64,000 nt of DNA from Methanosuratincola petrocarbonis (GTDB lineage Archaea > Thermoproteota > Methanomethylicia > Methanomethylicales > Methanomethylicaceae), in NCBI GenBank assembly GCA_030522375.1, contig CP130488.1, positions 1,408,569 to 1,472,568 of the forward strand. Reading direction: 5' to 3'. Shown here piece by piece: positions 30,132 through 40,427 of this stretch. Both the position numbers and the translations under genes were made by a program. A model generated the notes under the pieces. That model worked only from the letters and a program-made list of their open reading frames with translations. It did no database searches and was not told the DNA's origin. How positions within the stretch are numbered: position 1 is the first letter of the stretch; each line of letters starts with the position of its first letter.

Positions 30132-31451
30132 ATGCCAGAGTCAAACAGAGAGAAGTTCGAGCGCGTATTGAGGAGTATTGAGGATCACCACAGGGCATTG
30201 AGGGACTCCCTGCCCATGATTGCCAGCGAAAACGTACCGAGTCCGGCAGTCAGAGAGGCCTTGGCATGCGATTTTGGAAATAGGTACGCTGAGGGTTGGG
30301 TTGGCGAGCGTGTTTACGCTGGGTGCAAGTATCTTGATGAAGTCGAGAGCATAGCGATCGAATTGGGCAAGGCTCTCTTTCATGGCGAATATGTCGATGT
30401 AAGGCCCATCTCAGGGGTCTTCGCAAACCTGGCAACCTTCTCTGTCTTCGCTAACCCGGGGGACGTGATCCTTTCGTGCTCCATACCGACTGGGGGGCAC
30501 ATAAGCCATGCCAAGGAGAAATTAGGCGGCACGGCTGGTTTGATAAGGAAACTTGATGTCCAGAATTACCCCTTTGACATAGAAGAGTTCAACATCGATC
30601 TGGACGAGACCGAGAAGATGGTGCGTGAGTTGGACGCCCAAGGTAAAAAACCGAAGATGTTCATCCTTGGCGCGAGCGTGTTTCTTTTCCCCCATCCCGT
30701 AAAGGAAATTGTGGATCTTGCAAAGACTTACGATGCGAAGGTGGTCTATGACGCCGCGCATGTTGCCGGTCTCATCGCTGGTGGGATCTTTCAGGACCCC
30801 ATAAACGACGGCGTGGACGCTATGACCATGAGCACCCACAAGACCCTGGCAGGTCCGCAGCACGGCACCATCGTTTCATGGGAAAAGTACGCGGAACCAT
30901 TAAAGAAGGCAATTTTCCCCGGTTTGTCGAGCAATCACCACCTCCACGCGGTGGCTGGGGTCGCCATAGCCTTCGCGGAGGCGATGGAATTCTACAAGGA
31001 CTACGCACGAGCCATTGTGACGAATTCCAAGACCCTGGCACAGGCTCTTTACGAGCGCGGCATAGACGTCCTCTATGAAAAGAAAGGATTCACGGAATCT
31101 CACATTGTCCTTGTCGACGTCACCAAGTACGGGAATGGCTTTGAGATCGAGAAGAAGCTGGAGGCTGCCAACATAATCGTGAACAGGAACCTTCTGCCCT
31201 ACGACAAGAAGATGGGGCGGGACTACAGGGCCCCCGGTGGCATACGGATTGGGACCCAGGAACTGACCCACCTTGGGATGAAGAAGTCGGAGATGGTAGA
31301 GATCGCAGAGTTGATGAAATCGGTCATAGTCGACGGGGACGATCCAAGGGAAGTCGCGCAAAAGGTTTCGGAGCTGCGCGCCCCCTTCCAGAAGGTCCAA
31401 TATTGCTTCTCAAACCAAACCGATGCCTATCAGCATATTAAGATAAGATAG
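30132..31451 (+). CDS. glyA: Serine hydroxymethyltransferase
   Basis: 439 aa. PLP-lysine region MSTHKTLAGPQHG and other conserved SHMT blocks. Confidence 0.85.
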   Translation: MPESNREKFERVLRSIEDHHRALRDSLPMIASENVPSPAVREALACDFGNRYAEGWVGERVYAGCKYLDEVESIAIELGKALFHGEYVDVRPISGVFANLATFSVFANPGDVILSCSIPTGGHISHAKEKLGGTAGLIRKLDVQNYPFDIEEFNIDLDETEKMVRELDAQGKKPKMFILGASVFLFPHPVKEIVDLAKTYDAKVVYDAAHVAGLIAGGIFQDPINDGVDAMTMSTHKTLAGPQHGTIVSWEKYAEPLKKAIFPGLSSNHHLHAVAGVAIAFAEAMEFYKDYARAIVTNSKTLAQALYERGIDVLYEKKGFTESHIVLVDVTKYGNGFEIEKKLEAANIIVNRNLLPYDKKMGRDYRAPGGIRIGTQELTHLGMKKSEMVEIAELMKSVIVDGDDPREVAQKVSELRAPFQKVQYCFSNQTDAYQHIKIR

Positions 31452-31484
31452 ATCTAGCCAAAAACAGTTGTAAGGGGATATGAT

Positions 31485-32315
31485 GTGAAAGTATCTGATT
31501 TGATGAATCCGAATGTAATTTATGCAGAAGTCCCCGGGAGCAGGGATCAGGTCCTCAGGACATTACAGGAAAAGAACATTTCCGGGATGCCCGTTGTCAA
31601 GAAGGGCACAAAACAGCTGGTGGGCATCGTCACCAGGGAGGACATTCTGAGGCGCCCGGATGAAGAGCAAATTGCCCTTATAATGAACAGGAACGTCATC
31701 AGTTTGGATTACGGGGCTTCTTTCGATGAGTGCCTGAGGGTAATGAAGGAGAGCGGCTATCGCCGGATTCCGGTTGTATCGCAGGGTGAGTTAAAGGGGA
31801 TCATAACGGTAGGCGATATTGTCCACAAAGTAATCGCCAATTCTTCCTCCACAGCCAAAGTTTCTGACTACATGCGCAAAAGAATGTTGGCCGTCTGGGG
31901 CGTGACCCCTGTAAACATTGCAAGCCGAATAATGCACATGGCAGGCGAATACGTCGTTCTTGTGTTGGACAATGAAGAGAGAGTTGCCGGAATCGTTTCA
32001 AACACGGATCTTATACGACTCGTGGAGATGAAGTTGGAAGAGAAGAAGTCGGTCTTAAAGTCTGGGTCCGAGTCGCAGGAATGGGATTGGGAGACTTCCT
32101 CAGTCCTCTATATTTCCAAACAGAGGATTTCTTTGCCTTCCATTCCTCTCCATCAGATCATGTCCGCCCCATGCGTTACCATAAGCGAATCATCAACTAT
32201 AGCAGAATGCGCAAACAAAATGTTGAAGCACAACATCGATCAGTTGCCTGTCACAAACCTCCGGGATGAGGTGATTGGGATGATCTTCGACATCGATTTG
32301 CTAAAATCACTGTGA
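31485..32315 (+). CDS. Four-CBS-domain protein
   Basis: Four repeats of the CBS pattern. 4-nt overlap with the convergent polD end. Confidence 0.6.
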   Translation: MKVSDLMNPNVIYAEVPGSRDQVLRTLQEKNISGMPVVKKGTKQLVGIVTREDILRRPDEEQIALIMNRNVISLDYGASFDECLRVMKESGYRRIPVVSQGELKGIITVGDIVHKVIANSSSTAKVSDYMRKRMLAVWGVTPVNIASRIMHMAGEYVVLVLDNEERVAGIVSNTDLIRLVEMKLEEKKSVLKSGSESQEWDWETSSVLYISKQRISLPSIPLHQIMSAPCVTISESSTIAECANKMLKHNIDQLPVTNLRDEVIGMIFDIDLLKSL

Positions 32316-35300
32316 CCCCATAAACTGCTTTAAACCAATAGGTCCTTCTGAATGGATCTTTGAGTCTCTCTTTTCTTCGCTCTCTTGATTTTCACTGATC
32401 AATGATTTGAGCCCTCTGCCTATCAGCGCTATCTGCTGCCTGACAAAGGGGCTCAAATTGTATCTCTCGGCGAGGGAGGTCGCCGCCTCGAGGTATTTCT
32501 TGACGTTTCCCTGGTGAACCGTCAGTATTACATTCCCTTGGCACTTCAGGCAAATCCCTTTTAGTGGCATTCTCCGGTACTTCGCCCCGCACTTTGTGCA
32601 CCTCAGGTTCTGGGTCGAAAACGCCCTCAGATTGCCCGCCAAGTCTGGTATGAAGTGGTGCTTGAGCAGCCTTTCTGCAACGTCCGTACAATCGACCGCC
32701 AGAATTTTGTCTGCTAGACGGAGCTGCCTATCGACTTTGTCGATCATCGACTTAATTTCGTCATAAAGCGTCGTGAGGGGCCCACCATCGATCCTTTCGG
32801 TGTATATGGAGAATTTCAGACCGCTGTACTGCTCTGGGGTTCTCAACCTGTCTTTCACGATATTCAGGCATTTCAAGGCTTCTTTGGGCTCCCGGTACTC
32901 TTCACACATCCTGTAAAATTCGAGCGGAAGCGGAGCAGTCGTCTCCATGTTGTGGCACTCATCATCGACTTCAGTAGGGTCAATTGTGGTCGTTACCACG
33001 AGTGGGGCGTCCATCAGGCCCCCTATCTTGTCAGGCAGATAGGCTTTTGAAAAGTCTATGAACGCCTCCAGCGCAAGCATTATTGCATCTTCGTCGCCGT
33101 CGCAGTTTCTCCTTTTTGCCGCATGCCAGAAGGGGTGGGCGTAGCAGACCTTGGCATCGGTAAACCCTATCACCCTGCCTATTATACCCGCTGAGGTGTG
33201 CGGTGCCAAACCAATTACTATGTGCCCAATCAACTCTTCATAGTTGTTGAGATTATAAAACGGTCTCATCCCGTAGGTCTTGGTCAGCATCTCGTCTACA
33301 TACTTTGCGGTCCTTAGCAGGTACTCTCCGCAGCTCCTTGGTACTATGATGTCTTGAACCTTCAATTCAAGAATTTGGTCGGGCGTCTTCAGCTCTTTTC
33401 CAAAGACGTCTTGGGTATAGCCCAACTCTTTAAGCTTTTCTACGCTGACGTGGGCTTCAGCTGGTTTGAAGTGGGTCAAAGGGGCATTTGTAATGTCATA
33501 TCTTACCGTCCCATCCTTGTACACGAATATTTTGTGCTTGCTTCTTAGGAACCCCTTGTCCAATATCTCGGGCACTTTTGTAGGGTTGGAAAGTCCTTTC
33601 ACGCCCTTTATGATAGTGTCTTTCCCGACCCCGTACTTTCTTGCTAGTTTGGGGAATTCTTCTAGAGAGATTGACCTTTGTTCAAATGGTACCGCCTCAG
33701 CCCCGCAATTGGGGCAAACCTCCTTCCCGCTTTCGCAAGTGAAGTAATTCTTTTGGTTGCAGTTGTTGCACCTATAGACCTTAATGGTCATTTCTCCGCA
33801 TATCGAACACAATCTTTCATAGGTTGTTCGGTTGCATTTTTTGCAGTGCCTTATGTTGATGGTCGTAACGAAGCTCTTGTTTGACGCGGCTTTGACTAGG
33901 TCTCTCTGCGGTCCCCCAGCCAAACCAACCGGGAACAGGACATGGGTCGGGGGGCTCATCACTCTCTCCCGTGCCTTCTCCGGTCTTCCCATTCGAGCAC
34001 CTATGAAGCTCCTTCCCTTTGCCCTCAAAACAATTCCCGAGATCTCCCTCAAAAACTCGAGCGGGGAGAGCAGCGTTGAGTTCTTCTCTGTGGATAGCAG
34101 CGCCTCTAAAATCGGCAGATCATCAAAAACCAACATGCCTTCCACTATGCGGTGTGGTATGCAGGCCAGTTCCAGAAGACCCTTCAACTCTTTTTGCGGC
34201 AGCCTGAATCTGTCATCTTCGCGTTCAGTGTTGAACCATTTCTTGAGTGCGATGATCTCCTCCACACTCAGCCTTTCCCAGAAATATGTATACCTGGGGT
34301 GAAGGGGCGTTCCCAGCCCCCTCGAGATTAAAAGAGCCTCTTCAGGTGTTGGTTTTACCATGGTCGGATGGCTTATGAAATTGTCGAGCCTTTCCACCAT
34401 TATTCCAAGGCGATCCGAAGCGAGATCATTGCGACCATTGAATTTCTGCTTAATCGCAAGCTTAGTCTCCTCAGCCCATATCTCTTCGCAGTACCCGGGA
34501 GGCATCAGTCTGTGATTATTCTCAAGGAACTCGCCATATGCAACAGACATATCCCCAAGAAAAAGTATCTTGTCGACCTGATCTTTCACCAGCTCGGCTG
34601 TGATTTCATCCTCCAGCCTCAGGACATCCCCGTTTTTAAGCCTCACAATCGGTCCCTCGATGCCGTCAACTGGAGTGATGGTTGCACTTTTGCCCGGTCT
34701 CTCGACCCTCAACTGGGTTCCAACCGCTATGAAGCTTTCCAGGATGATCATGGTGACCGGGTTTATCCCCACGCAAGCCAAGCCTGTGTTCCTCGACCTC
34801 CCATACCGCAGCCTGAAGCCGCCGAACCTCGAGGGGTGGGAGAAGATCGGCCTGCCGCCGACTATATCCACAAGGTATTTGATGTCTGGAGAAATCCCGG
34901 TAAATTCTTTTTCTTCCTTCTTTTCTTCCTTCTTTATTTTGGTTAACCAATCCCAATCAGTGAAGCCTAATTTGTCGACCACTTTTTTCAGCTTTGAAGC
35001 TTTTCCGTAAATTCCATCATTGACAACTCTGAGTGCCCCGCCTCGAACGCAGTTGGTTTCGATCCTCGGGAGGTTCCTGTATACAGAAACTTGAATGTTG
35101 TCGGTCTGAGGACCGGTGATCTCGATTGGTATATTCGGGAGTAGTCGCCTCAAATCGTCGTCCGAAGGGTGGTATTGGAAGTTAGAGACCTTCCTCTCGT
35201 ACAGCCTCAACTCTTCTATGAATCTCCCGATCTCTTCCTCAGTTATCTTGTACCTGTCTAAATGAAGCAGCTTCCTGATCTTCTCGGCGAAAAGGACTGT

Positions 35301-35759
35301 TAGTGCCTGCTCAGTACCGCCAGCCGACCTCATAGGTCCTGCATAGTAGACTGCAAGGTACTTGCTCCCGTCTGGGTTAGTTTTAATTTTCAGCTTCTCA
35401 ATGCCTTGGAGGGGCGCCGCTGTGATCCCCTCGGTGACGATAGCCAGGGCTGTCCGCATTGCGTAATCCGCCGCTTTCTCATCCTCGAACTTCCCATACT
35501 TTCCGTTGATTATTTCCTCAATTATTGTGAATCCGGTCTGCTCCCGAGAATACTTGAGGTCCAACTCTCTGATCCTTTCAGCCACTCCGTTCAGACCAAT
35601 CAAACCCTCAACCCTTGAAGCCAAATCCTGGGCCTTGTAGATCTCAACATACTCCTTGGGATCCAGACCCTTTTTCCTGACCTCCTGTGCTAGGGAGTAA
35701 AGCTCCGAGGTGCTCTTCTCTAATAACTGAAAATACTCTGAACATCCAGTCGAAGTCAC
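32307..35759 (-). CDS. DNA polymerase II (PolD) large subunit DP2
   Basis: 1150 aa. Catalytic NCDGDEDAIML region and multiple CxxC zinc-binding clusters (CKKCNRTT..C..C, CNNCNQ..C..C). No intein. Confidence 0.85.
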   Translation of the reverse strand: MTSTGCSEYFQLLEKSTSELYSLAQEVRKKGLDPKEYVEIYKAQDLASRVEGLIGLNGVAERIRELDLKYSREQTGFTIIEEIINGKYGKFEDEKAADYAMRTALAIVTEGITAAPLQGIEKLKIKTNPDGSKYLAVYYAGPMRSAGGTEQALTVLFAEKIRKLLHLDRYKITEEEIGRFIEELRLYERKVSNFQYHPSDDDLRRLLPNIPIEITGPQTDNIQVSVYRNLPRIETNCVRGGALRVVNDGIYGKASKLKKVVDKLGFTDWDWLTKIKKEEKKEEKEFTGISPDIKYLVDIVGGRPIFSHPSRFGGFRLRYGRSRNTGLACVGINPVTMIILESFIAVGTQLRVERPGKSATITPVDGIEGPIVRLKNGDVLRLEDEITAELVKDQVDKILFLGDMSVAYGEFLENNHRLMPPGYCEEIWAEETKLAIKQKFNGRNDLASDRLGIMVERLDNFISHPTMVKPTPEEALLISRGLGTPLHPRYTYFWERLSVEEIIALKKWFNTEREDDRFRLPQKELKGLLELACIPHRIVEGMLVFDDLPILEALLSTEKNSTLLSPLEFLREISGIVLRAKGRSFIGARMGRPEKARERVMSPPTHVLFPVGLAGGPQRDLVKAASNKSFVTTINIRHCKKCNRTTYERLCSICGEMTIKVYRCNNCNQKNYFTCESGKEVCPNCGAEAVPFEQRSISLEEFPKLARKYGVGKDTIIKGVKGLSNPTKVPEILDKGFLRSKHKIFVYKDGTVRYDITNAPLTHFKPAEAHVSVEKLKELGYTQDVFGKELKTPDQILELKVQDIIVPRSCGEYLLRTAKYVDEMLTKTYGMRPFYNLNNYEELIGHIVIGLAPHTSAGIIGRVIGFTDAKVCYAHPFWHAAKRRNCDGDEDAIMLALEAFIDFSKAYLPDKIGGLMDAPLVVTTTIDPTEVDDECHNMETTAPLPLEFYRMCEEYREPKEALKCLNIVKDRLRTPEQYSGLKFSIYTERIDGGPLTTLYDEIKSMIDKVDRQLRLADKILAVDCTDVAERLLKHHFIPDLAGNLRAFSTQNLRCTKCGAKYRRMPLKGICLKCQGNVILTVHQGNVKKYLEAATSLAERYNLSPFVRQQIALIGRGLKSLISENQESEEKRDSKIHSEGPIGLKQFMGSQ

Positions 35760-36334
35760 GGGAGCACCCCTCCTATTTCAACAACTGCTGCCATTAATAA
35801 AGGTATTATAAAATTGTCATCAAAGCCGAAATCTATCAGATCAATTAAACAGAAGACAAGTCCTAAAACTATTGAAATGGTCAGACTCGCACCTAATAAT
35901 GAAGATATGATAAATGCGGAAAACGCGCCTGCAGCCGTGCCCTCCAAACTCTTTCCATTTTTCAAGCGGTGCCTTCCTGCGCCGGTTCCAATTATTGCGG
36001 CTGCTGCATCTGAGAGTAGTGCTGTACTTAACCCGACCACCACGGAAAATTCCTTAAAGAAGTAGATCGAGACGACTGCTGCGACGCAAAAATATACGTT
36101 GGCGGCTATAGCAGTCCTCTCTTTCATCCTCTGGATCAAGGAAGCCATGCGTGGCAAAGGAAAGAGAAGGTGCACCCTGACCCTGACATATTCCAAAACA
36201 ACAAACAGCAAAAGCGCTATTGCAGCAAATAGTATGGTCAAATCCCTGTCAAAAAAGTTATAAAATAATGGAACCGAGATCCCGGTCAAATGTATGGTTT
36301 TTCTGATGAGTTCTTTCCTAAGCTCCTCTCTCAT
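35756..36334 (-). CDS. CTP-transferase-family membrane protein (CDP-archaeol synthase CarS / polyprenol kinase-like)
   Basis: 192 aa with 5-6 TM helices. C-terminal KNGKSLEGTAAGAFSAFI resembles the CdsA/CarS/dolichol-kinase KxxEGxxGG motif. Adjacent to the GGGP synthase gene. Confidence 0.45.
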   Translation of the reverse strand: MREELRKELIRKTIHLTGISVPLFYNFFDRDLTILFAAIALLLFVVLEYVRVRVHLLFPLPRMASLIQRMKERTAIAANVYFCVAAVVSIYFFKEFSVVVGLSTALLSDAAAAIIGTGAGRHRLKNGKSLEGTAAGAFSAFIISSLLGASLTISIVLGLVFCLIDLIDFGFDDNFIIPLLMAAVVEIGGVLP

Positions 36335-37079
36335 TTACTCCTTCCTCGATTCCCCCAATGATCTCTTTCAGCCCGTCAACGCCTCTCTCTTCAACAATAT
36401 TTCCAGTCACTATGATGTCTGCCCCTGCTTTAGCCAGCTCCTTGGATTGCTCCCTTGTCTTAATTCCTCCCCCGACCACCAGCTTGACTTCTGATGCTGC
36501 TTTCCTTACGATCTGAACCATATTTGGCGGAATGGGCGCGTCCACGCCAGAGCCTCTTTCTAGATACACGAATCTCATGCCCATGTATTGGGCAGCCAAG
36601 GAGTAGATGGCAGCAACCTCTGGCTTGTCGTGGGGGATGGCCATCGCCTGGCTTATGAACCCCGCAGTCCCCCCTGGGCTTACTATGATGTATCCGAGCG
36701 GTATTGCCTCAAGATCATACGCCCTTACCATTCTAGCGCCGATGGCTTGCGCTCCAGTGATGTAGTAAACATTCGTTGAGTTGAGCACGGACATGAACCA
36801 CACTGCGTCGGCGTACTTGCTTATTCCGAAAAGGCTGCCAGGAAAGAGGATCACAGGGAGGCTAGACCCTGCCTTCAAACCCTTTATCAGTTCATCAAGC
36901 AATTCCCCGCCCATGCATGTGGAACCGCCTATCATGAATGCGCTGGTTCCGAGCTTCTCCCCTTCGCTGGCAAGCGAACGTGCTTGTACGGGATTACATT
37001 TGTCAGGGTCGATTAGCGTTATGTGTATGCATCCCATTTTCTTTATCTGGTCGTTAAGGTAGCTCTCAACCCGTCGCAT
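36318..37079 (-). CDS. Geranylgeranylglyceryl phosphate synthase (PcrB family)
   Basis: IHITLIDPDK N-terminal motif, GGS...GG glycine-rich phosphate-binding regions and VVGGGIKTREQ. Start taken at MRRVESY (37079). In-frame upstream alternatives reach 37127. Confidence 0.8.
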   Translation of the reverse strand: MRRVESYLNDQIKKMGCIHITLIDPDKCNPVQARSLASEGEKLGTSAFMIGGSTCMGGELLDELIKGLKAGSSLPVILFPGSLFGISKYADAVWFMSVLNSTNVYYITGAQAIGARMVRAYDLEAIPLGYIIVSPGGTAGFISQAMAIPHDKPEVAAIYSLAAQYMGMRFVYLERGSGVDAPIPPNMVQIVRKAASEVKLVVGGGIKTREQSKELAKAGADIIVTGNIVEERGVDGLKEIIGGIEEGVNERGA

Positions 37080-37326
37080 TCTTGTCCCCGCCGTAGTATT
37101 TGTCCACAAATTTTCCGTAGGCATCAACTGCCTGTTCTACCGACGAGATCGTAACCTCATCATTGATGTTGCACTTTCCGCATTTGACCGCGGCAACCCC
37201 CGACTCCCTGTTGATTTCTATTACCAGAGTTTTCTCTCCGCAATTGGGGCAAGGGAAAATCTTCGGTATGCTCTTCTTTATCCTGCGTACTGTCTTTTTC
37301 CTCTTCCTTCCACCCACAATGATCAT
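37066..37326 (-). CDS. Elf1-like transcription elongation factor (zinc ribbon)
   Basis: 86 aa. Basic N-terminus RKRKKTVRRIKKSIPKIFPCPNCG...VKCGKCN matches the Elf1 C4 zinc-ribbon architecture, whose archaeal homologs are confined to TACK lineages. Confidence 0.6.
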   Translation of the reverse strand: MIIVGGRKRKKTVRRIKKSIPKIFPCPNCGEKTLVIEINRESGVAAVKCGKCNINDEVTISSVEQAVDAYGKFVDKYYGGDKNATG

Positions 37327-37388
37327 CCCTTTGAGCGTCTTGCTTACCCTCTAAAAACATTCATTAATAACCTTTCTACAGCCCTCTT

Positions 37389-38477
37389 TCATCCAAGTTT
37401 TATCCTGCTCCATCGGTTGACCGTAAGTTCAAGGCCATTCGATCCATACCTTGCGCTGCAACCGTCTATTCTTAAACGCATGCCGGGTCTTGCAGACTGT
37501 TTGATTTTAACCGCCTTCTCGTTCCAAAATACAACCGGTATTACTGTCTCTTGATCTCTAAGTAGGATGCGGCAGTAGTTCTTTCCCGTCTGGGTCGTGG
37601 CTAGATCGGGATCGTTTTCGATAATGCCTTCCACTAGCAGATCTGGCTCCTCGCTCTTGATATCAAAGAGCCTAGTTGCCCCTCTCCCCCCAACATCGGC
37701 TATGTCCGCAAGATCTATGATCACCCCGTTTTCTTTGTTTATGTGAAGCTCCGCCTCCCCATTGTAATCCTTTTTAATCGTACCGCCGAAGATCTCGACC
37801 GTCGCGCCTTCTCTGAGTTTAGATAAAATCTGATCTGACGGGTTCCAAATCAAAACCCTCTGCGGTCTTTCACTTTTCACAACAAAAGCCACGACCCTGC
37901 CCCGCCTTCCGTCGCTTGTAGTAAAATCAATAGGGTCGAAGATCCTCTCGATCCTCCCTCTTATCGAGTTCGAGGACTCGGGCACGACTTCGATCTTCCC
38001 CTTTTGACCGATATGCACTTCCAGGCCATTCAATCCCGTCTTCGTGTAGGCGGCAGTTACGGCTATCTTGCACCCTTCACACAAGCCTGAAAGCAACGCC
38101 GTTTTTTCATCCCAAATGACAAGGTTGCATGTCCCAGTCTCATCTGCTATCCTTATCCTCAATACTTTCCCGCTGCTCCCGTCTTTTCTCTTGAATTCCC
38201 TTAGGTCCCCGATCCTCAGAATTTTTGCTTTGAGTGAGACATTGCCCAGGCCTGGGACCAGATCATCGATCTTTAATGAAGGTCTTTCTGGTCTGCTATC
38301 ATAAAGGCTGATTTCATTTTCCCTTGCCACAAGTCTAAGCGCGACATCATCATTAACAAGGTACCCTAAATCCTTCTTCTTCAATTCAACGAGCCTGAGA
38401 ATTTCGTCATCTGGCAGACCTGTTATTTCTCTGTATTTTTTCAAGAGCTCATCAAAGTTTGACATTCCAATCGCCAT
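37389..38477 (-). CDS. Replication protein A (three OB folds)
   Basis: Three OB-fold repeats, each with the pattern ...V.L.AKI......REF.RKDGS.GKV..I.IADETG...LVIWDEK. Confidence 0.75.
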   Translation of the reverse strand: MAIGMSNFDELLKKYREITGLPDDEILRLVELKKKDLGYLVNDDVALRLVARENEISLYDSRPERPSLKIDDLVPGLGNVSLKAKILRIGDLREFKRKDGSSGKVLRIRIADETGTCNLVIWDEKTALLSGLCEGCKIAVTAAYTKTGLNGLEVHIGQKGKIEVVPESSNSIRGRIERIFDPIDFTTSDGRRGRVVAFVVKSERPQRVLIWNPSDQILSKLREGATVEIFGGTIKKDYNGEAELHINKENGVIIDLADIADVGGRGATRLFDIKSEEPDLLVEGIIENDPDLATTQTGKNYCRILLRDQETVIPVVFWNEKAVKIKQSARPGMRLRIDGCSARYGSNGLELTVNRWSRIKLG

Positions 38478-38531
38478 TTTAGCCCAACAAACGAGCGCAG
38501 CTCACCTGGATGGCAATGCCCATTAGCCCAC

Positions 38532-38942
38532 CTACAGGGTTTGCCCCTTCCATTCCTTATTGAGTCTTATAAAATCGCTGTCAAGCAGCTCATAGCTCTC
38601 GAAAATCCCTCTCTCTTCAGCGATTGCCTGCGCAAGCATGTGGTAACAAGCACGCGTCTTCCTCTTGATCACAACATTGATGTAAAAGTCATCGCATTGG
38701 CAGAAGATTCTTGGTATCACCTGATATTCCCGCTCTTTGCCCACCACTATCCAGATTGTTCTCATGCTGGGTTTGAACACATACCTCTTTACCGCATACT
38801 TCTCAACTGCTTCCATTGCCCTGACAATCTTTGGTTCGTAGTTCTCCAAGACCCCTTCGTCGTTGGTTCCAAGAAATTTTTCAAGAAAAATCCTTTGGTA
38901 TTCTTCCATCTGGAACACTTTTTGAAGTATTGTTGACAACAA
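38532..38942 (-). CDS. SWIM zinc-finger protein
   Basis: FCQCDDFYINVVIKRKTRACYHM fits CxC...CxH (SWIM). Located directly upstream of RPA on the same strand. Confidence 0.5.
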   Translation of the reverse strand: MLSTILQKVFQMEEYQRIFLEKFLGTNDEGVLENYEPKIVRAMEAVEKYAVKRYVFKPSMRTIWIVVGKEREYQVIPRIFCQCDDFYINVVIKRKTRACYHMLAQAIAEERGIFESYELLDSDFIRLNKEWKGQTL

Positions 38943-38973
38943 AATAAATAACTGTCTGTTTATCTGAAGCTCT

Positions 38974-40365
38974 GTGGTGTCGTCTTTGGACTATGACGTT
39001 ATAATAGTCGGCGCTGGACCCGCGGGCATGTTTGCGGCTTACGAGATTGTAGACAAGGCCAAGGATAAGCTTTCAGTTCTGGTTATCGACCAGGGATACG
39101 ATGTCGAAAAACGGAAATGCCCAGTTCAGAATTACAAGAGCTGCACCCGGTGCCCGGTCTGCAGCATCATGAGCGGTGTGGGCGGGGCAGGAACGCTTTC
39201 CAGCGGGCTACTTAACCTGAGGCCAGACATAGGCGGCGATCTGACTGAGTTCACCAACAGCGAAAAGGAAGCCTGGGATTTAGTGAACTATGTGGATGCC
39301 ATATTTGTCAAATATGGTGCCCCCACGAAGGTTTACAGCGGGGATGTTGACGAAGCTGTGAACCTCCAACGCAGAGCCGCCTCAGTAGGCATAAAGTTCC
39401 TTCCAATTACGCAACGGCATATGGGCAGCGACGGCGCCCCCAGGGTAATCAACAACTTCAAATCTGACCTCGAAAGCAAAGGGGTAAAGTTCCTTTTGGG
39501 AACACACGTTACAGATGTAAAACCTGGCAAGGTTATCCTTGATGACGGAACCGAGAAGACTGGAAAATACGTGCTCCTGGCACCTGGAAGGGTCGGAGCC
39601 AATTGGGCAGCCGAAATCGCCAAAAAACTTTCAATTCCAGCAAAGCATGAACCTATCGATATTGGGGTCAGGGTAGAGGTTCCTGCTTTCGTAATGGAGC
39701 CTATTATCCAAGTGAACCGCGACCCTAAGTTCCACATTTATACTGACACCTATGATGACTTTGTCAGGACATTCTGCGTGAACCACCAGGGGTATGTGGT
39801 GAAGGAGGTCTACGACGGGTTCGTGGGCGTGAATGGGCATTCGATGACCGAGACGCTCTCGGAAAACAGCAACTTCGCGTTTTTAGTCAGGGTAGTTCTG
39901 ACCGAGCCGGTTGAGGATACGACTGCCTACGGGCGTTCAGTAGTCCAACAGGCGACAATACTTGGCGGCGGGGAACCTCTGATACAGCGGCTCGGCGATC
40001 TCCGGATGGGCAGAAGATCTACGTGGACTCGGATATCCCATAGCCAGATAAAGCCTACGCTGCATTCCGCTACGCCTGGGGACATAGCGATGGCGATGCC
40101 GCATAGGATAGTGTCAGACATCATTGAGGGTCTTGAGAAGCTGGACGAGATCATCCCAGGAGTTGCAAGCTCCTCTACACTTCTTTATGCGCCTGAAATC
40201 AAGTTCTCTGCCAATAAATTCCAAGTCAACAAGGATCTGGAGACTAATGTAGAAAATCTATTCGTGGCTGGGGACGGGGTTGGGCTGTCCAGAGGGATCG
40301 TAGGGGCCGCTGCGAATGGCATATTGGCGGGCAGGGGTATTTTGAAGAAAGCATCTCTGCTTTGA
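38974..40365 (+). CDS. FAD-dependent oxidoreductase (COG2509-like)
   Basis: N-terminal DVIIVGAGPAGMFAA Rossmann dinucleotide motif. 463 aa. Confidence 0.65.
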   Translation: MVSSLDYDVIIVGAGPAGMFAAYEIVDKAKDKLSVLVIDQGYDVEKRKCPVQNYKSCTRCPVCSIMSGVGGAGTLSSGLLNLRPDIGGDLTEFTNSEKEAWDLVNYVDAIFVKYGAPTKVYSGDVDEAVNLQRRAASVGIKFLPITQRHMGSDGAPRVINNFKSDLESKGVKFLLGTHVTDVKPGKVILDDGTEKTGKYVLLAPGRVGANWAAEIAKKLSIPAKHEPIDIGVRVEVPAFVMEPIIQVNRDPKFHIYTDTYDDFVRTFCVNHQGYVVKEVYDGFVGVNGHSMTETLSENSNFAFLVRVVLTEPVEDTTAYGRSVVQQATILGGGEPLIQRLGDLRMGRRSTWTRISHSQIKPTLHSATPGDIAMAMPHRIVSDIIEGLEKLDEIIPGVASSSTLLYAPEIKFSANKFQVNKDLETNVENLFVAGDGVGLSRGIVGAAANGILAGRGILKKASLL

Positions 40366-40427
40366 TTCCGATTTTTTTTCCTGATAAGGTTATATGCTCG
40401 TTCATTTTTTATTAAAAATGAAGTAAT

